From contig OZ241830.1 in assembly GCA_965202585.1 (NCBI GenBank), positions 73,222,001-73,286,000 on the forward strand: a DNA stretch of 64,000 nucleotides, given 5' to 3'. Position numbers and translations under genes: made by a program. Positions 54,936 to 64,000 of the stretch are shown in pieces (position 1 is the first letter of the stretch; the number at the start of each line of letters is the position of its first letter). The stretch is from Thalia democratica (Eukaryota). The notes beneath the pieces were generated by a model. It did not search any database. It saw nothing but the letters and a program-made list of their open reading frames with translations, and had not been told where the DNA came from.

Positions 54936-57129
54936 AAATTTAGGTTAACGAGTTTAGATTTGTTAAAACTTAAAATACTATTATTCTTTCTAGTAGAGTA
55001 ATTATCTATTATTGCTTATTTAGAACGACAGTTTTTAAATCAGGAATTTAAGACTTTAAGACAGGAATTTAGGCTAACAAATTTAAATTTGTCTAAAGTT
55101 AAAATTAGTGGTGTAATTATATTTTAATACTTAGTTTAAACGACAGTTTTTAAAAACTTGAAGTATTTTTTAAGAGTATTTGGAAAATAGTAGAAAATTT
55201 TAATACTTCTAATATTTGTAACATTTTAATTATAATTATGTTTACTTTATTATTTATTATTGTTTATTAGTATTTGCTTTATTTGGCTAGCACAAAAGCG
55301 CGCGCTGCGCGCGGTGTGCGATACTTTTAGCTACTTATTACAAACTATTTTCTTACTTATGTAGTTCTTTTTGTTTTATTTTTAAGTGAAAAGGTATACT
55401 ATTTTTTTTCTTCTTTTTACATTATCTGTTTCAAACTAATTTGTTCTAATCCTTAGTTTAAACATAAGTTTTCTAAAATTTTAAGAGTTTAGATAGTATT
55501 TCAAAATTATCATAAATTTGAAAAATTTCTAATTAATAGTTTTTTTGTACTTATTATATTATTTATCTGCCTTATTTGGCTAGCACAAAAGCGCGCTTTG
55601 CGCGCGGTGTGCGATGCTCTTGGCTATTTATTAAAATCTGTCAGTGCTAGAGCTCAATAAAAAAAGGGAACTTTTAGCTTCTTTTAGTCTGCGCAGCATA
55701 TCTCAAGAAATTAATAAAGTTTTTACTAACTTTGTTTTCAGTTTTTTCAATGAATTAATCTAATCAATAAGCGCTTTTGTTTTTTATATAAACTTAATGA
55801 TTTTTTATATATGCGTCATTTTTGGTTTTTCTCGTTTTGGTCTTTAGTTAAGGTCTCCTTGTTCAGTCAATATTTTAATCTAAGTTCATTTACGAACAAA
55901 AATGAACTTTGAAAACTAATCATTGAAAAAAATTAAATTGAATCTTTCTAAGTTTGCGTAGCATTAAAAAATAAAAACAGCATTTTTAACATTTTAAGAT
56001 GTTTAACAAAAAGTTTTTGTTTTGGTCACTAAATTTAAATATTTTTAGTACTTTTTTGATTTAGTAAGAAAACCGTAAACAAAGACAAATACTGAAAAGA
56101 AATAAAAACAGCCAATATCCCATAAAATATCAAGTTTATATAAAAAACAAAGACACTGACTATTGAGGTAAATTCACTGAAGTGTAAGTAAGTAGAAAAA
56201 AATATTTATTATTTTAGATATGCTATGCAGACAAGGAGACAAAATTAGCCAAAATTTCCCACTATTTCATTAAAATAAATTAAAACAACATAAGCACAAT
56301 CTAAACAACAACAAAAAAAAGAAATCTTAAAAATTCTTACAGCTAAATTCAGTATAATTAAAAGTAAATTCTTGTAAAAAACTCCTTTTTACATTGTAAA
56401 TTTAGTTCTAAAAAAAATTAATAGATTAACTTAAGTACTAGTTTCAGTCACAACAAAAGTTTTTAAATTTTGTATAAATTTAAGTAAAAAAATTTAAGAG
56501 ATTAAGTAGACGATAATTAATAATCCTCGGACTTGTTATATTAACAAGCAAGTCTGTTTAAGTGGTATACCTAAAAATTAAGATTTTCAGCTAATCAAAA
56601 CAAAAGTATTTAAGTTCGCTCAATGTTTGTTTAAATTCCATTATCAAAAAAAAATCTGTGCAAGTTGTAGATCAATTTGTGCAAGTTTTTAAGCTTGAAT
56701 TGTTAATCAACCGACTATAAAATAGTAAATTAATAGTGAACAACTATACAACGCTAGCGCTAGAATTACAGCATAGCATCTAGCTAGACTATAGAATAAA
56801 GGTCTTTATATCTAAATGTTACATTTGTGTTTAACTTCTAAAACTTTCTTGCTTTAAAAATACATCCTACTTACGTACATGACAAATATATATAACTTAA
56901 ACATAGTAGTAACTGCTTAGTTGATGAATCCAATTAAGCAGAATTAAAAAAAAAAACTAAAAAAGCTATTAACTCTTATTTGATCAAAAAATTAAGAACA
57001 TTGTTTCTTAATTAAAAATCATTTTGTTAACATTAGTTAGTTTCTAACAATAAATACTAATAGAAATAAACCAAAATAACAATAAATTTTACTGATCAGG
57101 TAAGAAACGAACGGGTAAGAAACAGTCGA

Positions 57130-57290
57130 TTTAGAAGTGATCGGGTTAGATGTTATCAGGTCAGAAGTAATTGGGTTAAAAATGATCGGGTTAGAAGTGA
57201 TTGGGTTAGAAATGATCGTGTTAGAAGTGATTGCGTTAGAAATGATCATGTTAGAAATGATCGTGTTAAAAGTGATCGAGTTAGATATAT
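57130..57290. repeat. 15-bp minisatellite array (GTTAGAAATGATCGG type); further arrays at ~58745-58829 and 61095-61210
   Basis: Same unit as 28310-28610. Confidence 0.88.
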
Positions 57291-58829
57291 AATAAAATTT
57301 TAGTTTCTTTTAGTCTGCGTAGCATATCTCAAAAAAATAAATACTTCTTTTACTAACTTTATTTTCAGTTTCTTTCAATGAATTAATCTTAATAATAAGT
57401 GTTTTTGTTTTTTACATAAACTTAATGATTTTTTATATATGGGTCATTTTTTGTTTTTCCGGTTTTGGTCTTTAATTAAGGTCTCCTTGTTCAGTCAATT
57501 TTTTGATCTAAGTTCATTTACGAAAAAAAATGTTTAATTAAACGTTGAAAAAAAAACATCTAGAATCTTTCTTAGTTTGCGTAGCATTAAAAAAAATTAA
57601 AAACAATATTTTTATCATTTTAAGATGTTTAACAAAAAGTTTTTAGTAATTTAAACTTTCTTAGTATTTTTGACTTAGTAAGAAAACCGTAAACAAAAAC
57701 AAATACTGAAAAGAAATAAAAACAGCCAATATCCCATAAATATCAAGTTTATATAAAAACAAAGACACTGACTATTGAGGTAAATTCACTGAAGTGTATT
57801 CAAACGAAAGTAAGTAGAAAAAAATATTTATTATTTTAGATATGCTATGCAGACAAAAAAGCCAAAATTTCCCACTATTTCATTAAAATAAACTTAAACA
57901 ACATAAGCACAATCTAAACAACAACAAAAAAAAGAAATCTTAAAAATTCTTACAGCTAAATTAGATACAATTAAAAGTAAATTCTTGTAAAAAACTCCTT
58001 TTTACATTGTAAATTTAGTTCTAAAAAAAATTAATAGATTAACTTAAGTACTAGTTTCAGACACAACAAAAGTTTTTAAATTTTGTATAAATTTAAGTAA
58101 AAATTTTAAAGAGATTAAGTAGACGATAATTAATAATCCTCGGACTTGTTATATTAACAAGTAAGTCTGTTTAAGTGGTATACCTAAAAATTAAGATTTT
58201 CAGCTAAACAAAACAAAAGTATTTAAGTTCGCTCAATGTTTGTTTAAATTCCATTATCAAAAAAAAATCTGTGCAAGTTGTAGATCAATTTGTGCAAGTT
58301 TAAAAGCTTGGATTGGAAATTAACCGACTACAAAATAGTAATTTATTAGTGAACAACTATACAACGCTAGCGCTAGACTTACAGCATAGCATCTAGCTAG
58401 ACTATAGAATAAAGGTCTCTATATCTAAATGTTACATTTTTGTTTATCTTCTAAAACTTTCTTGCTTTAAAAATACATCCTACTTACGTACATGACAAAT
58501 ATATATAACTTTAACATAGTAATAACTGCTTAGTTGACTAATCCAATTAAGCAGAATTAAAAAAATAAAACTAAAAAAGCTATTAACTCTTATTTGATCA
58601 AAAAAAAAAAAAGAACATTGTTTCTTAATTATAAATCATTTTGTTAACATTAGCTAGTTTCTAACAATAAATACTAATAGAAATAAACCAAAATAACAAT
58701 AAATTTTACTGATCAGGTAAGAAACGAACGGGTAAGAAATAGTCGATTTAGAAGTGATCGAGTTAGAAGTGATCGGGTCAGAAGTAATTGGGTTAGAAAT
58801 GATATTGTTAGAAGTGATTGGGTTAGAAA

Positions 58830-61094
58830 CAGTGGCGTCGCGTAGTATTTTTTTTAGGTGGTGCAGAATTTAAAAAAATATCAATTATTTTAATAAAAAC
58901 ATGTGTTTACTGTAAGTTTGAAAACAACTGAACTTTTGCTACACCTGAAGATAAGCTTTGCTTTTAAGGGCATAGGGGAAATGAAACAATTTGATCTTAT
59001 TTTATGTAGTTTTTACTAAGCTTCAAGATGCTTTTTACAGATTTTAAAAATTCAGTATATGTTTTAAGATATAGCCGGTCAAAGTCAGAGGCAACAAAAG
59101 GTTCATAATTGGAGGCACAAACTAAAAAAGTGTTTAAAAAAATGTTTTACCCCCCCCTTTATGCCCTTAACATCTACTTTAGAATTATTTTACTGAAATT
59201 ACTTTATACAGTTTTAATTTAACTACAAGTCATCTTTTTTGAATATAAAAAAATCTTAAAATTTTTGAGATATGGTAATTCACAATCAGAGGTACAAATG
59301 AATCCTTATTTTTATAATATAAACTCAAACAACAAATAAATCAAATCACTAAAATCATATCTTTTTTTTATAAGTTGGCCTCAAAATCTTTAGATGTTTC
59401 TTTTATAAAACAAAAAAAATTGCTAAATTAGATATTAAAAACACCAAGAAAAAAAAATTATAACAAAAGTTTTTTTTTCTATATATAAAATTAATATTGA
59501 TACTTGAAAATTGAAAACTTCTCTTCAACAAAAGTATAAAGTTTTAGAAACATTAGGATGAAAAAGTTTAATTAAAAATTGTTTTAAAAATGATGGAGAA
59601 TATAGAATTTCAGTAAAATTGTATTTTTTGCTGTTTTGGTTTGCTCCTTGTATAATAAACCATTGTACTCTCTGGCTTTGACTGGTTGTAACTAAAAGTT
59701 TAATTGGAAATTTCAAGTTTATTAAAGAGTAACTATTAGCTTTCTGAAAAAGTTAAAATAAGAACAACATGTAAAAAAGTGCCTATACACCCTCCCCCCT
59801 TACTCCTCACTAACTTGCACATTTTTTTTTACAAACATTAACATTTTTATTAACTTTTTTTCTAATTTTAATGTTTTTTGTTGGAGTTTTAAAATTCAAT
59901 AGTTTTTTAAGGATATCTTTTCTTTATTTAATATTTATTTGTTTTTCATTTTGATGACAGTGTTTTTCTCAGGAGCTCAACTTTTTAAAGTTCAGTTGTG
60001 AGGCTGTTGAACTTTTCAAGAATTTTAAAGATAATTTATAAATATGTAACCATTATAGAAGTAAAAGTTTGGTTAGTTAGTTTTCTTGTGGCCATAGGGG
60101 TAAAACACTTATTTTTTAATTTTAAATAACCTTGTTATTTTCAGAGTAAAAATTAAAACTGCTTTAGTCAGCCTGAATATTTTTCTAATTTGGTCTGTTT
60201 TAATTTATCTTGGGTCATCTTGAGTTTTTAACATTTCTAAGTTATCCTGATTATGAGGCAAGGCAATCATGTTTTAACAATTTTATCTAAAATTTTTGCT
60301 TTGTTTATGAAAAAATTAAACCAAAAGTTATATAAAGTAGAGGTAGACTAAAATTTCCTAAAATGTTAAACTACTCTAAGTAATCAAAGTTTCTAAATTA
60401 AGGCTATTTACTTTATTTAAATATGTGATTGTTTCAATAATACTATTTTTTATTTAATATAAATCTAAAATATTTTTCTGTAAGAGTGAACTAGAAGTTT
60501 ATAATAAACTTCTTAATTCTTTTTTTCAGAACTTGAATTTTATTATTTGTTTTATTAACTTTATGATAACAATAATCAGTTATAGTTAAGTTTATGTATG
60601 CAGATTAAAATAAAAAATCAAATTTCTAAGACTTTGGTGAGAGAGGGTTTTTATCTTTTTTTTTTCAAAATATGCAATTTATGACAAATCTTTTAATAGA
60701 AGTGATCTGTTAAATTTAAAAAATCATGTGGGTACATAAACTCAAGTTTAATCCTTTGCAGTAGCTTGCTTTGTTTTTATTTTATGTTTACTATAGCTTG
60801 TAGATGATACTTAAGCAAGTCCTGTTTTAGGGAATTTTCAACTTAGCTTACTTACCGCAAGATATTGATTTTGCGGTAATTCTTAAAGATATTTTGATTT
60901 TTTGAGTTCATTTGCGGCAGTCAGCTAAGAGTTTGCGGCAGTGAAGTGGGCAAAATGGTCGTTTTCAAAATTGAAGTTTTAAAAGAGATTTCGTTCAAAA
61001 AAATAACGAAAACGTTATAGATACTTATTTTTTTTCTTAGAAAATTTCAAGGTGGTGCAGTTGCGGCAGTGCAACACCCCACGCGACGCCCCTG
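58830..61094. mobile_element. Non-autonomous hAT transposon (2265 bp) inserted into the 15-bp minisatellite
   Basis: TIRs CAGTGGCGTCGCGT / ACGCGACGCCCCTG; perfect 8-bp TSD GTTAGAAA (58822-58829, 61095-61102); no transposase ORF; empty site in copy A. Confidence 0.93.
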
Positions 61095-61447
61095 GTTAGA
61101 AATGATCGTGTTAGAAGTGATTGGGTTAGAAGTGATTGCGTTAGAAATGATCATGTTAGAAATGATCGTGTTAAAAGTGATCGAGTTAGATATAATCGTG
61201 TTCGAAATGACAGTAAACCAATTATTTTACACCACTAAGGTTTAATACGTACACATATTTCAGGGATTAGCAAACTGTGGTCGAAAAGCAAAACTTTGTT
61301 GACCATATCATTTTACCAATTAATTTTAATCAAATGATATGAAAACCCAAAGTAAGGTTTTAAAAACTATCAACTAACTGAACTAAACACAAGTTTGCTT
61401 TAAAATGCGCACTTTCATGCACTTGAAAACCGTCCCGTTTACAGCGT

Positions 61448-63753
61448 TCACCTGCCGTCCATATTTTTCAGCTCGTCATACAGAAGCAAGACCATGGCGC
61501 TTCCGAATCCCCTCAAAACATCGGAGAGCGCCCCCTTGTGGAAGGCCCTCGCTCCCCTTCGCCGTAGTACATTTTCTTGACGCAGTCCGCGTAGCCGCTG
61601 TAATGTCGTTCGCTCGGCTTTCTACCGCCCTGCATCACCAGCCTGTTGTTGCAGTTTGGGCGATTTTTAGAGTTTTTTCTACTACAAATATTTCCATGCT
61701 CAAGGTGAGTTTTTGGCGATCAAGTGACTTTTTGAAACCAAACTTTTTAGTACGCAAACACTTCATTGAACTAGTAACTCTTTGGTGCCTTTAGTATACA
61801 AAAATAGGTCTGCATAGTTTTGTTTCTACAGAAACTTTTTATCCGAAATTTACTTTCATAATTATTTTACGTAAATAAAACTACGTTGAACTGTTTAAAC
61901 TTTTCGAGCACCGAAGGATGCTTATTGAACAAAGCACTTGCGTGCAAAAACACTTGTTTTTATTTAGCAACGAGCTATGCTTGTCCGATGAGTCTTGGTT
62001 ATAAGAAGTTAGTCCTCTATAGTTAAGTTTCAAAATTTTCTGATTAAGTTGATTTGCAAAATGTTTTTTTCATTTAAAAAACCAAGGTATAATTAATAAT
62101 TACAAAAAATGATAAAATATATGAATAATCGTACGAGAGTATATTTTCTGATAATCATAAAAATATAATCTGATAAATTAAACCAACATGAAAAAAACTA
62201 AAGTCTTTTGGAAAAGTAAAACAAACTAGTATAAAGTAGTTGGATATGCTGTAAAAATAATGAAATACTTTTTCAAATCTAATAATTACTAGTAGGAATC
62301 ACATTATGACACATACGTAATAAAACTATTATAAAAAATAAGAATACCTTTTTCTGACTGTGTCCATCGGATAACACATAAAGCCAGCCAAAGTTGTTGT
62401 GGACTGGGCGTATAACCATTTAACAAGAACTGAGTCGGTTGGGAATTGTTGGTTTAAAGTATCAAACACGCCAAAGTACAGTCCTCTATTAATATGGTTA
62501 GTTTTTATTAAAGTAGCATCAAAAATATAAAGAGTTTTACACAAATGTGTTTTTAAGGTATGTTTCAACATATTTTTTTCATATAATTATAATCCAAACA
62601 TATAAACGTATATAAAAATTGCATAACATACAAATAATAATATAGTTTTAAGATGTACACAATACACTTTTAAGATGTACAGTTTTAAACAAGTTTGTTA
62701 ATTTATTAATATAAGTAATTTAAACCTGATTTTTAAGGATTAACTAAACTTATAACATTTATAAAATAATAATACATTTATTAGAAAATTAAATAGACTT
62801 TATAAGTTTTGAAAGATAATTTATTTAGTTTCATTCTTACTTTAGTTGCCTTAAACCAGTTTAATTTACTATCAAAATTAAATCTAAACTGTACGAGTGT
62901 TGAAAAAAGTTATTTTATATTATTTTAGATATCTCAAAGTATTTAATTTTAAACTGCAGTTGCACAACAAGCATAGTTTAAAATTGAACTATTTTCAAGC
63001 ATCAAAAAAGTTTTAAGCATAAAACAGAATTAAGTTTTCAATTTTGTATTAAAATGCAAACTTGAAAGTTAAAAGAACTTTTTTAAATTAAAACTAAAAT
63101 ATAATTAAAAACCAGATATTTCTGGAAAAATTAAATTTAATACTTTAAAACTCATAAATTGTTTAAAATAGTTCGAAACAAAAAAGAAAATAAAGCTTAT
63201 TTCTAACACTATTAATTAAGAATACAAATATTAATAAAAAATATATCTGTGTATACAGTACAGTGGAAATTATATAATATTGACGGTATACTAACAATTC
63301 CCAAACGCGCAAAATTCCCACCCAAAAACTTTTTTTATTCTGTTTGTGTATTTGTTATTTATAATTCTGTTTTTTTTTTATTTATTAAATTTTTATTTAT
63401 ATTTTACTACCACTGTTACCCCTAGCCCTTACCGTTTGGTTGGTAAGCGGTTTTTGGGTTTGAGCGTGTCTAGTTGTGCGCGGGTGGAAATGATCGCGAT
63501 CCGGAAGTCAGCAGTTTTACACAAACACAACGTTTCACTTTCCAGTATTACCTGTACAAAACAACAGTGGGAACGCTCAAAGAAAGACCAAAGTAAAGGC
63601 CCCTGACCCCATCAGACTTCACAATGGAGCTCATGCAGTGGCGCAGGCCGCGGAACTGCCTGCCCCGTCCCCTCCCAACGTCCAACGTCAACCGCGTTCT
63701 GGCGAAATCTATCGGGTAAGTGATCGCTGTGGAAGTCGCGCCTGCTGCCGATC
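61448..63753 (-). pseudogene. Divergent ADP/ATP carrier-like gene, copy B (exons 3-5 only in window); 1-nt deletion in last exon
   Basis: Exons (minus) 63753-63552, 62485-62348, 61642-61448. The last exon is 195 nt vs 196 nt in copy A because the C run at 61554-61557 has 4 C vs 5 C. Confidence 0.8.
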
Positions 63754-64000
63754 CTAGAAAAAAAATCAAAAAAATCAAAACAGCACTATGGCAGTGCTTC
63801 TGAAATGGGGTTCCGCGGAACCCTAGGGTTCTGTGACGCCTCTCAGGGGTTCCGCGAAGCCTTTCGAAATTTAAAAAAGAACATTTATTTAATTAAACAT
63901 TTTATGTACTGCTGCTGAACCTGGAAAAAAAATCATTGTTTGCGTATGCACTGTAGTAACTGGACTAAGGTTGCGCAGTTTGTTGAAACTACTTTTTAAT

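Larger units (their letters stand above)
55640..64000 (+). repeat. Duplicated block, copy B; first ~1.65 kb doubled in tandem (55640-57290, 57295-61260), runs off the window end
   Basis: Aligns to 26803-32240; lacks ~28700-29540 of copy A; carries an extra hAT insertion. Confidence 0.88.

Overview
AT-rich eukaryotic (animal) genomic DNA with GC-rich exons and GT-AG introns under the standard genetic code. A gelatinase-type MMP with three FN2 repeats suggests an invertebrate chordate or deuterostome such as a tunicate (inference). The window has four parts. (1) 0.5-18.3 kb: two convergent, inverted paralogs of an MMP2/9-like gene. The minus-strand copy is complete (16 exons, 822 aa, intact [11 protein letters not shown]) with an unusual ~135-aa basic/Pro-rich N-terminal extension. 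The plus-strand copy is otherwise in frame but has the catalytic Glu replaced by Gln ([11 protein letters not shown]) on a symmetric, in-frame-skippable exon whose acceptor AG is lost, so the pair is a candidate protease/pseudoprotease system. Exon identity between the copies is a mosaic, suggesting patchy gene conversion. (2) A young non-autonomous LTR element, a solo LTR of the same family, and several hAT- and MULE-like elements with TSDs. (3) Two copies of a divergent ADP/ATP-carrier-like gene (RRRMMM replaced by RKRLVM) inside a duplicated block, each with different disabling lesions. (4) A decayed tandemly duplicated multi-exon gene at 41-52 kb and an orphan CRE-rich promoter-like island at 54.1 kb. 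Short intronic copies of neighbouring exon/splice-site sequence recur in both gene families. No rRNA, tRNA or CRISPR array was seen. All alignments and counts were done by eye.
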